Of a stretch of DNA of 64,000 bases, positions 25,666 through 38,197 are shown in pieces (the first letter of the stretch is position 1; each line of letters opens with the position of its first letter). The position numbers and the translations under genes are program-made. The stretch comes from Octopus vulgaris (lineage: Eukaryota), in contig OX597827.1 of NCBI GenBank assembly GCA_951406725.2, forward strand, positions 77,438,001 through 77,502,000. The letters run 5' to 3'. The notes under the pieces were generated by a model. The model was not told the origin of the DNA. It did no database searches and saw nothing but the letters and a program-made list of their open reading frames with translations.

Positions 25666-28439
25666 CTGCTCAACTAAAGGCGGTGCTCCAGCATGGCCAC
25701 AGTCAAATGACTGAAACAAGTAAAAGAGTAGAAGAGAGAAACTTAGGAAATATGAAATAGGAGCCTTTCTGTATTTTTTAACAGTGAAATTCAAAGACAA
25801 TAAAACTGTAGATAATAGCATGGAGAAGCACCTTGCATGCAAAAAGGCAGCTTTTGATTTTTTTTATTCATTCAAGGGGTTTTGTGACCCAGTATTCTCC
25901 ATGCAGGTGGGAGCTAGCAGAATCGTTAGAATACTACATGAAATGCTTAATGATATTTCATCCGTTTTTCCATTCCAAGTTCAGATTCCACCGAGGTTGA
26001 CTAAGCAGTTTATCCTTTTGTACCAGTTGAGCGGTCAGTGTAATTGATTAGCCCTTTCCCTCCAAAATTTCAGGCCTTGGGCACAGAGCAGACTGGCTCA
26101 CTTCCAGCATTATCTATTTCCATAACATTATGTTTGAAAATGGGTCAGCAGTGTATCAGAGCTGAAACTATATAAAACAGACTGAAAGGGAATTTTAGGC
26201 CTTTGTAGGGGAGTGATGAAGGCCCACATTCAGTAGGGAGCTTTGATAGTTTTAGCTGTTGGTTTTTTTTGTTTTTTTTATTCAATTGCTTAATCAGAAA
26301 TGGAAGAGCAACACTCATGACCCTTTTTAGGGTTTCCGAGACTGGTGGAAGCCAGAGAGAACATTATCCTCTAACCAGAGGCTGCCACAGTTAACCCCTA
26401 CTGTAGCAGGGGAAATACCCTTAAATTGCTTGTCCTTGTGTTTTGTAGACATTGCAATCAGTCTGCAGTTTATGAATCATGGAGTGTGTGTGTGTGTGTG
26501 TGTATGCCTAATCACTGTGTATGTGTGTGTGTATATAAATGTATGTATGTATAGAAAAGCATGGGTGTGGCTGTGTGGCTGAGTAGTTTGCATCCTGACA
26601 GTATGGTTTTGGGTTCAGTCCCACTGTGCTGCACTTTGGCCAAATGTCTTCTAGTACAGCTTCCAATCCATCAAAGGCTTTGTGGGTGGGTTTGGTAGAT
26701 GGAAACTCCAGAGACAGGTGTGTCCTGTGTTTGTTTACACCTGCACCTCTCACAAAAAAAACAAAAAAGCTAATCTTAAAGCAGTGAGGGTCTTCATTTC
26801 CCCTTTCGACAAAATCTCTGTTTGTGTTGTTGTGCCTTTGAAGATTTGAGATATAAGAGATTCCTTACTTGAATAAAACAAGGAAGGGTTAGTGACAGAA
26901 AGGACATCATTATCACAATCGTCATCATTATCATCATCATTTAACATCTATTTCCCATGCTGGTATCAGTTGGATGGTTTGACAAGGGCTACACCAGGTT
27001 CCATTGTCTGTTGTGGTTTTGTTTCTACAGCTGGATGCCTCTTCCTAATGCCAACCACTTTACAGAGGGTACTGCTTTTTATGTGGCTCCAGCACCGGCA
27101 GGGTCAGTGAGTACCTTGCATGACTAAACCCTCTCAACTGGGAAGGGTGAGAGGGGAGAGTAGTATTGAGGGTGTGTGGCTTTGCGCCAGTTGAGAGATT
27201 TAAGGCTTAGAAGGGACACATATCGGTGTCTTGCTGTAGAGTAGAATCATGGATACCCCAGATGGAAATCAAAAGAGAATGATTTAGAGGGTGAGGTAAG
27301 GAGAGCAAAAATGTGTAGTGAGAGAGAGAAATGATAGTGAAGATGTATCTGGCTGTGAAAGATGTCTCACTTATATACTTGTCCAACCCATTCTGACAAT
27401 GAAAACTATGTAAAGCCAAATGAAACAAATCAAATATCTATGATTTGGAATGTTTTCTTATGTATATTTGCTGTAAAGTTTATCGAAATTGTATTGTTTT
27501 ATCTTTAACCCTTTTAACGGACAGATTTTTTTGTCAGATGTTATTTAACTTATTTATTTACCGCTGATGCGGCCGATGACAGTATCGCCTGATTGGCAAT
27601 CATGCCAGTGGAATGCTTAAAGCACATCCAACTGTAGGGTGTATCTGGTCACCTTTTGAGTGCCCCTCATTCATTGGACAATGAACTTTGCTTGCGAAGA
27701 CCTATTAAGGCAAGTGTAAACAAAGCAAAATCGCTGACGTGGCCTATGACAGCACCACCTGATTGGCACGAGTGCCAGTGAAATGTTAAAAGCATATCCA
27801 AGCGTAATTGTTGCCAGGGCCACAGATTGACTCCTGTGCCAGTGGCATGTAAAAAGCACCATTTGAGCGCAATCGTTGCCAGTGTTGCCATACCAACACA
27901 TGTGCCAGTGGCACGTGAAAAACATTCAAGCATGGTTGTTGCTAGTGCTGCCGGACTGGCTCCTGTGCAGGTAGTACATAAAAAAGCACCCTTTGAGTGC
28001 GGTCGTTGCCAGAACCGCCTGACTGACCCTCGTGCCTGTGGTACATAAAAGCACCCACTACACTCTCAGAGTGATTGGCGTTAGGAAGGGCATCCAAATT
28101 GGAGCCTGGTGCAACCTTCTGGCTCACCAGTCCTCAGTCAAACCGTCCAACCCATGCCAGCATGGAAAGCAGACGTTAAATGACGATGATGATCTTTTGA
28201 ATTAATCACACTTTATCTTGTAGCTTCAAGATTTCAGTGGTGTCTTTCTATATTTCTTGAATGACATTGTAGGGTAGGTGTGAGAGGCTGGATCTGGTCA
28301 GTTTGAACATAAAACACGTTAAATATTTAGGTCAGATATGGCCAGATTAAATGCTACTGGGTTAAACTGACCTTTCTGTACCATAGGAGATGCTTTCATG
28401 AATCCCATAGCCTTCAGTCTATCCTGCCTACTAAACTGA

Positions 28440-30160
28440 AACCAATTCTTTTTGTCTTTCATCGAAAGAATCTTTGTCTTCTTTGCAGAATGCTTTTTAC
28501 CTCTACTTCTCAACAATAATGGCAATGTGACCAGTATACCCTCCACACATATACACACACCTGTAGAAGCGGCTACTCTCTTTTGCTGTCTACACTGCAT
28601 CCAACCCCACAGGCAAGCCTCCTCCAAATCCTTCCTTGCACACACACACACACCTGCCTGCCCCTGTATTCACCAAAGTTTTCAATCGTTCCCTCTGAAC
28701 AAGGATCTACCCTAATCTTTAAAACCATCCCCCAAGAATAGTAACCGTCTCTTCTCTGCCAACTGTCATCCTATCCCACTCACTTCTAATATAGGTAATA
28801 GGGACACCCATTAACGATGACCATCCTTCTACACCTTGAATCCCTCTGTCTACCTGTCTCTCTCTCTCTCTCTCAATTATCATCAGTACTTAGAAAATTA
28901 CTATTTTTAAATCTCACAACGTGAGATATTCAGCAACAGTACTTTGGAGTAAAGATTGTTTGCCAACATAACCTGGCAGTCCTGGTTTAGGACGAATGTT
29001 GCTGTAATTTAGCCGCAGGAGACATCGTCTACAGCTGGCTATATGACACGATCTGTGACCTTATTCCCTTGTTTGAAAATATAAGGACACAGATCGTGTC
29101 ATATAGCCAGCTGGAGACGATGTCTCCTGGGGCTAAATTACAGCAACATTCGTCCTAAACCAGGACTGCCATGTTATGTTAGCAAACAATCTTTACTCCA
29201 AAGTACTGTTTCCATAAAGTCACATCCACTGCTGGCATTTTCTATGGCATCCAGCTGTAGGCTCTCACCTTAGAGAAATATAGCAAAAACCCATGTTGTT
29301 GTGCTTAACATCAGCAAAGCTTTTGGTTGTGTTAGCAAGCAATTTATACATTATTGATTCTTGTCAACTTGCAAATGTCCAATTGCAATTGCCTGCCTAT
29401 GGACCTCACTTGTCTTTCCTCTCTTAGAACTTTAGCTTCCTATCAGATGTGTTGATGGAGCAGGTCTTTCCGTCCCACTTTCTATCAACTCTGGCATAAA
29501 CCCTGGGCCCAGTTTTGTCCCCTAACTCTCTTCCTTCTATGCATCAAAGACCTTGCTGTTACATCCAACAACACCCACTCTTAATGCAGGGGACATGACC
29601 CTTTGTTCCTCTCATAACCTTCCTTAGTAATTCTACAGCAGACACAACAATCCAAATTTGTGCTGATTCCATGAATAGACATTTTGAAAGTATCTTCCTG
29701 GTGGGAAGGAACTTATCAGTTTTGTCCCTTTCAACAACAAAAAACCTAAATACTTCAGAGATTAGGTGTGGCTGTGCGCTAAGAAGTTTGCTAGGGACTG
29801 CTAGAAAAAAGTATGAGGCTTAAAAAATATACGTACCAGGGTCGATTCATTCAGCTAAAAATTCTTCAAAGCTGTGCTCCAGCATGGCCATAGTCTAACG
29901 ACTGAAACAAGTAAAATATAAAAACGAGCCCTCTCCGTTATTGCAAGTGTTGGCTTTCACTATCACTGAGAATCTCTCCTCCTGTTGATGGTGACCCAGA
30001 GATATCCCAGGCCACATTCAGAGAGAATGGAATTAATATGAAATCACTAACGAACATGCTCCAATCTTTGATCCATAGACGTGCTGTCTCCCCTTTCATT
30101 TGTGTCTACTGTAACTATAATGGCCTCTGTTTGCTCATCTCCCACCTCCTCTAACGAGAG
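28440..30160 (+). pseudogene. Heavily decayed CR1/Jockey-like LINE reverse transcriptase fragment
   Basis: Collinear RT motif remnants: IPKNSNRLFSANCHPIPLTS (cf. PKKGD..NYRPIALTS), VVLNISKAFGCV (cf. LDISKAFDRV), SINSG..LFLLCIKDL (cf. GVPQGSVLSPTLFLLYINDL) and AGDMTL (cf. YADD). Interrupted by the 28935 palindrome and a SINE fragment. Confidence 0.7.
28935..29210. repeat. Long palindrome with 130-bp arms and a 16-nt loop
   Basis: 28935-29064 pairs with 29081-29210, with 5 mismatches by manual count. Confidence 0.95.
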
Positions 30161-31657
30161 GTATATCATCAACATCATCATCATCGTTTAACGTCCGCTT
30201 TCCATGCTAGCATGGGTTGGACGATTTGACTGAGGGCTGGCGAACCAGATGGCTGCACCAGGCTTCAATCTTGATCTGGTAGAGTTTCTACAGCTGGATG
30301 CCCTTCATAATGCCAACCACTCCGAGAGTGTAGTGGGTGCTTTTACGTGCCACCGGCATGGGACCAGTCAGGCGGCACTGGCAACGACTTCGCTCGAATC
30401 TTTTACACATACAACCGGCACAGGTACCAGTAAGGCGATGCTGGTAACGGTCACGCTCGAATGGTGTCTTTTACGTGCCACAGGCATGGAGGCCAGATAG
30501 TCGCTCTGGCAACGATCACGCTCGGATGGTGCTCTTAATACCCTACTAGCATGGGGCTCGAGTGCCAGTAATGCGACGCTGGTAACGATCACGCTCGAAT
30601 GGTGCCTTAAGCTGATTAGCCGCTCTGTCAATGATCACACTCTTGCACCCTGCTAGCACGGACGCCAGTTGAGAATTGATGTTGTCAGTTTTAATAAAAG
30701 ATATTCCAGCAATATATGTTTTTTACATTTTCTAACCGTGAAAACAATTTCATAAAAATTTAAAATTTAATACACAATACTCGTATAGGTGGTTTTATAT
30801 ATAAAAAGTGTGTCGTCTTCAATAGAATTCCTTAATTTGTCGTTCATGTATATTTTAGCTAAAATTTTAATTGCCAGCACCAGTACCCAATGCGCATTTA
30901 AGATATGGTATGGTAGGGTATTAAGATATTTTAAATGAGGAGGGTGTTGATGCAGAAGGAGAAGTGGCTAAAGGGGGTTGACGGTCGAAAACGTTTGGTG
31001 ACCCCTGGTTTAGGCAAATGCGTGTCATGGTCAAGCAGACCTATAACAAATGTGTTCCATTCATGACCATTCCATCTTTTTTTGTATATCTAAGACTACA
31101 TTTTTCTAAACCATACTTTGTTTTTAAGATGGTATGGATTGATCTGAAGGAGATTTAGCTTCTATTTCTTGCAAGAAGAGTGACCGTTGTTTTCTTGTGT
31201 AGGCTTCTTTATTGACGTCAGGTCTTTGGTAAACTAAATTTGTAATTGTCTTTAACCTCTTCCCCGTTGACTTTTTTTTTTAAGAAAATGTTTCATTTTC
31301 AGATGAATTTTTTTTCATCAGACCAGCTTGCATTCTCATCTAATGTCTGCAAGCTTCTAATAGAAGGTTCATGCTCATTGTCATAAGCTGACCTCCACAT
31401 CTGGGTGTAATTTGTAAAAAAAAAAAAGAAAAACAGAGAAATGCCAAGAACTGACGTATAAACTCTTCTGTGGCTGTTTTTGAAATTTTATGTTTTGGAC
31501 GAGTTTACTCATTGCACACTGAAAAGGACAAATTGGGTGAAGACAAGTTAACCCGTCTTTGTCAGGCAAGGGGCCAATAATTCTCTGTTGGTTGTTAAAA
31601 TGTCTACAAGAGAGTCTTGAAAACCTTAACTTCCCATGTTTATGAGGCCCCTGGTAA

Positions 31658-31697
<40 letters not shown>

Positions 31698-33107
31698 TTG
31701 TACACACACACACAAACAAATAACTTGGAAAAATATGGTTGGATCTTTATACGTATAAATGGTTGTGTGGTTAAAAGGCTTCCCAATCATGGGGTTTTGA
31801 GTTCAGTCCCACTGCATGGCACTTTATGCCAGTGTCTTCTACTGTTGCTCTGGGCTGACCAAAGCCTTGTGAGGGAATTTGGTAGACGGAAACTGAAAGA
31901 AGCCTATTGTGTGTGGGGGGGTACTCTTTTTAGACATCATGTGATTATAAACAAGCATCATCATCATCATCATACAAGCAATGTTGTTTGTTTCCAGTCT
32001 TCTGTGGGAATCATGGCCAGGTTTTTGGAAAATATTACCTTGCTTGGAAATGGGTAAAGGTTGGCAACAGAAAGGGCATCCGGCTGTAGAAAATTTGCTT
32101 CAATGAATACCATCTGACTCCTACAAGCATGGAGAATTAGATGATAAATGATGAGGATGATGGTTGTCTGAAATATTGTTACTTCATCAAGTAGGTTTTA
32201 ATGACATCTGACACATCTAATGTAGAATGTAAACGTATCCTAATGTCAATAGTAGTGCTCCAGCACGGCCACAGGCCATTGGATGGAACTGACAAAAGAG
32301 TAAACCAACGAGGTGCACATAAGAGCTAGTACCCCTGGATAGGATGCTAGTCTCTCTGTACAATGTGAGTTAAAGTTCAGGTCTGCTGCTATGTAACAGA
32401 GCCCCTGTTTTCATGCTGTGAAGTGGATGGCAGTTACACATTTACCTGGATAAATTTCTAGTCTTTTTCTCTCTCTATATTGTAAGTCAGGTAAAGTTCA
32501 GGCCTACATAGGTGGGGGGCATGGCTGTGGTAAGAAGTTTGCTTCTCAACCACAAGGTCCCGGGTTCAGTTCCACTGCTTGGCATCTTGGACAAGTGTCT
32601 TCTACTATAGCCTCAGGCTGGCCAAAGCCTTGTGAATGGATTTGGTAGATGGAAACTAGATGAAGCCTATTGCGTGTGTGTTTCACCACCACAGCTTGAC
32701 AACTGGTGTTGGTGTGTTTATATCTGATAGAATAAGTGCTAGGCTTAAAAACAAGTCCTGGGGTCAGTTTGTTTGAAAATTCTTCAAAGCAGTGGCCCTT
32801 GGTTTCATGTTGTGAAATGGGCAATTGTTACACATTCCTCTGTACACTGAATCAGGTGAAGTTCAGAATGGGAAGATGCTTGTGCAAGTCTGTGTTGGTA
32901 ACAAAGCAGGGTCTGAGGAATATTGATAAATCTTGACTGACCTGAGGAATGGAAAGTGGAATGTTCCCAGCCCTTGCTCCTCAATGGAGGGTGAAGAAAG
33001 ATAAAGATGTTATCTGGGGGATAATCCCGACTGCTAGGATTATACCCCAGATATAACTGACATCTTCCACACACACCACATCTCTGCACCAGTCGAGTTT
33101 TTCTCTC

Positions 33108-33557
33108 TTAACCCTTCAGCATTCAGGATTCCTCTGTCAAATCTAAGGCTTATTTATTCATATTGTTTTGAATTTATCCTGCATTCTCTTGTAATCTTTA
33201 GACTTCGATGATGTGATTGTTTATACTCAAAATGATTTTCTTGGGTAGGTGTGAGAGGATCAGCTCTGGTCAGTTTGACTTTAACCCTTTCGTTACTGTA
33301 TTTCTGTTGAGATGCTCTGTGTTTCTTTCAATTAATTTTAAATATAACAAAGAATTTAGTAAAATAACTTCGTTATCATTCAACCAGTGTTAGGAACATA
33401 AATTGTGACTAAGGTTTGGTGGAAGATTTTAATTCGAAACTTTTGGAAACAAAACATTTGTACTCAGAGCCAGAGCTGGTTTCAGCCGGGTTGGTAATGA
33501 AAGGGTCAGGTGGAATATTTTGGCCAGGTGTGGTCAGTTTAAATGCTAAATAGTTAA
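33108..33557. mobile_element. TTAA-flanked piggyBac-like MITE with a second TTAA MITE (33281-33508) nested inside
   Basis: Outer ends TTAACCCTTCAGCATT..AATGCTAAATAGTTAA. Inner element TTAACCCTTTCGTTAC..GTAATGAAAGGG, the same family as 37968 and 59656. Confidence 0.7.
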
Positions 33558-33684
33558 ACCCTACATCTGATGCTTTTTTTTTTTACACCCAAATTTTCTC
33601 TCAGTTCAAAGCAACAGGTGAGAGATAAATCTCCTCCTTGATAGGTCACCAGTCTGTTACAGGTGACATTCCTAACACCTAGAT

Positions 33685-34220
33685 CAGTGGGACCATATGA
33701 CCCTTGGCGATCCACATAAGGTCTTGTTGCAATAAATTTGTTTTTCTCTCACAAAATATTTTAAGAATTTTTTTTTTTTGTACAATTCCTAATCTCTTTT
33801 ACTTGTTTTAGTCATTTGACTGCGGCCATGCTGGAGCACCGCCTTTAGTCGAGCAAATCGACCGCAGGACTTATTTTTTGTAAACCTAGTACTTATTTTA
33901 CGGGTTCTTATGCCGAAGCACAAAGTTACGGGGACAAACAGACACACAAACATATATATATACACATATACAAACAGCTTCTTTCAGTTTCCGTCTACCA
34001 AATCCAGTCACAAGGCTTTGGTTGGCCGAATGCTATAGTAGAAGACACTTGCCCAAGGTGCCACGCAGTGAGACTGAACCCAGAACCATATGGTTGGTAA
34101 GCAAGCTACTTACCACACAGCCACATAACAGGATTTTTTAAACATCAAATGACTGAGGATCCAGTATGGTAAAATAAGAGTGAAAGGGGTCCATAGAATA
34201 AAAATGGTTGAGAACCACTG
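33685..34220. mobile_element. hAT-like MITE with a nested SINE B (33795-34125)
   Basis: Ends CAGTGG.. and GTTGAGAACCACTG; 8-bp TSD ACCTAGAT/AGCTAGAT. Confidence 0.65.
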
Positions 34221-34941
34221 AGCTAGATGAACTGAGGCAATGCAGACTATAGGGTTCTGTTGAGAAACACAGGACAAGATGTAAATATTTCCTTTGGATA
34301 AGACATTGGGGTGTTGTATAAGATTTCTGTGTGGTTTGGGGCTTATTGCTGAACTCTGGATGTGTAGAATGAAGTGTTCTTTCTAGAAATGTGACAGGGA
34401 TAGTGAGAGTGAGATGTCTCTCCATTTGCATAAGGTTTTGGTATATCACAGCTAAGATTTCCAGATGAACTGATCAACTTCCAACATCCAGGTACCTATG
34501 TGGTTGTGTGGTTGAGAAACTTCACAGTCATGTGGGTTGGGATCGAGTCCCACTGCGCGGCACATTAAGCAAATGTCCTTTACTATAGTTCTGGGCTGAC
34601 CAGAGTCTTGTGAATTTGGTAGATGGAAACTGAAAGAAGCCTCTCATGCATTTGTTTATGTGCTAATAAATTTTCACAAAAACCTAGAAATACTAAGTTT
34701 TTCAAACAAAAAGCAAAAGAAACTGATGTGGATTCTCCACCTGAGATTCTTTTGGTGAACAGATGCGCACACTTGGGTGTGTGGTGCATCGACACCTCAA
34801 CTAAACTTGTATTTATAGTCACAGGAAACTCTCAGGACTCAAAAAGTGATGCCACTTTGTTAGCGACTGACTTCAACTCCCTTAACCCTTTATCATTCAG
34901 ATTATCTCTGTCAAGTGTTCTGCATCTTTATTCACATTGTT

Positions 34942-35169
34942 TTAACCCTTTAGCATTCAAACCGGCCATATCTGGCCAAAATATTTAACCTGTTTTATAT
35001 TGAAACTGACCAGTTCTCGTCTCTCACCTCAGCCCTACCATGTCATTCTAAAACTAAAAAATCACATCACTGAAATCCCTAAACTACAAGATAATCCAGG
35101 ATTAATTCAAACCATTTTCAATAAACAAACATCACATTTGACAGAATAATCTGAACACTAAAGGGTTAA
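34942..35169. mobile_element. piggyBac-like MITE
   Basis: TTAA-CCCTTTAGCATTCA..TGAACACTAAAGGG-TTAA. Confidence 0.75.
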
Positions 35170-35818
35170 ATTAATCCTGTATTATTATCTTGTAGATTCG
35201 AGACTTTGGTGATCTGAGTGTTTGTTTTTTAGACTGATATTGTTGTGTAGGTGTGAGAGGTTGTATTTGGCCAGTTTTGATGATAAAACCTTAAGAAGAA
35301 CATTAAAAAACGATACTGAAAGTAAAAACGTATGTGTGTGTGTGTGTGTGTGTTTCCTTGTTTTGATATCATGTGATGGTTGTAAATGAAATATCGCTGC
35401 CATACAAATGATGTTTGTTCGCAGACTCCTGTGGAAAATATGTCTGGCCACGGAGAAATATTACCTGACAGGTGGATGTTGGTGACAAGAAGTAATGTAC
35501 AATACAACATTCTGTCTAGAAACGCTACAAAAACCACCTTACAGTGGATTTGAACTCACATTCTGTGATTACGTAGTGAAATCCCTTACCCACTTGGCCC
35601 AGCAGCCATGCTATATCACAGCTGCACTTGTATGTTGCAGCAGCAAGGTGCAACATGACGCTGCCATGCTGTTGTCCTCCTGTACTCTTCTCACAAACGT
35701 TACTCACCTCCACAGATGTTTCACTTGTGTACTGTAGTAAATTCTTCTTCTGCTGGTTTCATGCAGTGGCCATGCTGGAGTACCACCATCAAAGGGCATG
35801 TCCACCTGACTGGCTCCT

Positions 35819-36112
35819 GTGCCGGTGGCATGTGAAAAGCACCAACCAATCATGGTTGATGCCAGTACCCCCCTGACAGGTTCTTGTGCTGGTGGCATGT
35901 GAAAAGCACCAACTGATCATAGCTGATGCCAGTACCCCCCTGACAGGTTCTTGTGCTGGTGACATGTGAAAAGCACCAACCAATCATGGTTGATGTCAGT
36001 ACCCCCCTGACAGGTTCTTGTGCTGGTGGCATGTGAAAAGCACCATCCAAACATGATTGATGCCAGGCTTGTCTGACTGGCTCCTGTGCCAGTGACATGT
36101 AAAAAGCACCCA
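35819..36112 (+). repeat. 67-bp tandem repeat (~4.5 units) within an RTE LINE 3' UTR
   Basis: Units start at 35819, 35886, 35953, 36020 and 36086: GTGCYGGTGGCATGTGAAAAGCACC..GCCAGTACCCCCCTGACAGGTTCTT. Confidence 0.9.
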
Positions 36113-36223
36113 CTACACTCTCGGAGTGGTTGGCATTAAGAAGGGCACCCAGCTGTAGAAACTTTGCCAGATCAGATTTAGGCTTGATGCAGCCTCCTGG
36201 CTCTCCAGACCTCAGTTAAACTG

Positions 36224-36458
36224 TCGAGGGATTTTCATGGAGTAGGGGTAGATGTTTTCAAGAAACAACTCGACTTCCTGCTATCCAAGGTCCCAGATGA
36301 ATTTATATCAACGCAGGAAACCCAAAAGAGGACAGCAGTGTTGAATTCCATCCTTCACCAAAAGCCAGTCACATGAAATTGGCCACTGAAAAGGTGGTTG
36401 CACTGGTGGTGCTCCAGTATGGTCACAGCCTTAGGACTGAAATGTATAAAAGAATAAA
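36224..36458 (+). mobile_element. CR1/L2-group LINE 3' end (ORF2 terminus and 3' tail)
   Basis: SRDFHGVGVDVFKKQLDFLLSKVPDE..RTAVLNSILHQKPVT* (stop 36374-36376) resembles the FKxxLDxxL..VPDEP..NSL terminus of CR1-group LINEs. The tail matches the SINE B tail. Confidence 0.7.
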
Positions 36459-37129
36459 TTTGTTTTATTTTTACGAAATATTTTAACAATTTTTTATACA
36501 ATTCCTAATAATATTTAACTAAAAATATGATAGGATTTTTTAAACATTGAATGGTTATGGGAGTCCACCCAGGTAGAATTGGAGTCAAAAGGGGTCAATC
36601 GGGAAAAAAATGACTGAGAACCACTGAACTTCATTAGTCACATCAATCTTGTGTTTCATCAATCTCATAAGACATAAAATACAAACAGAAGGGGAGATAA
36701 CTCGGTTGGACATAAATACCGCGAGGTATTTCTGGTTTTGTTTACTTTTTACTTTTAATGGCTGAGTGAGGGGAGAATGGGGGCAGCACCTGTGACCCTT
36801 TCTTCGGGGCACCCAGTTCACCAGGCTGGCAGATAGATATCGAAGGCGAAATAGCTTTTCTTCACTATTGACGTAACCTTCATAGTTGTCAGCCGTTCCA
36901 CTAACTTCTGCAGGTTTTGCATTGGTCTAGAAATAGCAGTCAAATCACACTAACCTTTTGGTTGCTATGTTTCTGTTGAAGTCCAGTTTAACTTTAAAGA
37001 AATAATTATTATGAACAGAAGCAGTTGATACCTGCATTAACCCAAGCAAACCCAAAGCCTTTTGACTTGCCCCACTCCTGAGTATTAACCCTTTAGCATT
37101 CAGATTCTTCCTTATCCATCCTTATCCAG

Positions 37130-37750
37130 GGCTTCATCACTTTTCAAGGGAGAACCCTTCCCTGGACTCCTTCCAGCTCTGCCCAGTCGTGGCCATGTAG
37201 GCCTCGGGTAATGGATGAGGTCATCTCCCCATTTTATCTTTGGTCTGCCTCTTGATCTTGTCCATTGTCTTGCTGCCCATTCCTATTTCTTTACTACCCA
37301 CAAGGGGCTAAACACAGAGGGGGCAAACAAGGACAGACAAACGGATTAAGTCGATTATATCGACCCCCGTGTGTAACTGGTACTTATTTAATCGATCCCT
37401 GAAAGGATGAAAGGCAAAATTGACCTTGGCGGAATTTGAACTCAGAACGTAGCAGCAGACGAAATACTGCTAAGCATTTTGCCCGGTGTGCTAACGATTC
37501 TGCCAGTTCGCCGCCCATTCCATCGCCCTGATTGTCCCTCTGTTGTTCTCCAGACAATGATGTGGCCAGCCCATCTGTATTTGTTCCCTTTGATGGCCCT
37601 TTAGCTCACTTGTGCTGTCGGGTCCAGAGGTTGGTCTTCTGGTCCTGCAATGTGATGCTGAGCATGATTCATTCCATTTTCCATTGAGCTACAAAAAGGG
37701 CATTCATGATGGTAGTGTTTGAGAGCCCATGTTTCGTTGCCATAAACACC
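37130..37750 (-). pseudogene. RTE-clade LINE fragment split by a SINE A insertion (37282-37515)
   Basis: Minus strand gives YGNETWAL, KYRWAGH and WAARQWTRSRGRPKIKWGDDL. The SINE is flanked by the direct repeat GCCCATTCC (37275 and 37513). Confidence 0.75.
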
Positions 37751-37967
37751 AAATGATTATAGGGGTCTATCCAAGCAAAATAATAATCAAAGGGGATCCT
37801 TAAATAAATTTTTTAAATGGTTGAGAACCACTGATCTAGATACTTGAAATTAACAAAAAATTAACCCTTTTGATACCAGCCCTACTTGTGACAACCCCTT
37901 AGTTCTATGATTCAAACTCCTGTTTTAAAGTAATCAAAATTAAAACCTTTATGTTCTAAATACCATC

Positions 37968-38197
37968 TTAACCCTTTTGATACCAACCTGGCTGAAACCG
38001 CCTCTGACTCTGTGGTAGAAATGTCTTGTTTTCATAAGTTCTGAATTAAAATCTTCCACCAAACCTTAGTCACAATTTATGTTCCTACCACTAGCTGAAT
38101 GATAACTAAGTTATTTTACTAAGTTCTTTCTTATATTTAAAATTAATTTAAAGAAACACAGAGCATCTCAAAATAAATACAGTAACGAAAGGGTTAA
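37968..38197 (+). mobile_element. piggyBac-like MITE (solo copy of the 59656-60641 array unit)
   Basis: TTAA-CCCTTTTGATAC..GTAACGAAAGGG-TTAA. Confidence 0.8.

Noticed and set aside
35819-36112. CRISPR-like spacing of a hairpin motif separated by ~40 nt
   Set aside because: The 'spacers' are homologous to each other, the array is inside a LINE 3' UTR, the context is eukaryotic, and there are no cas genes.
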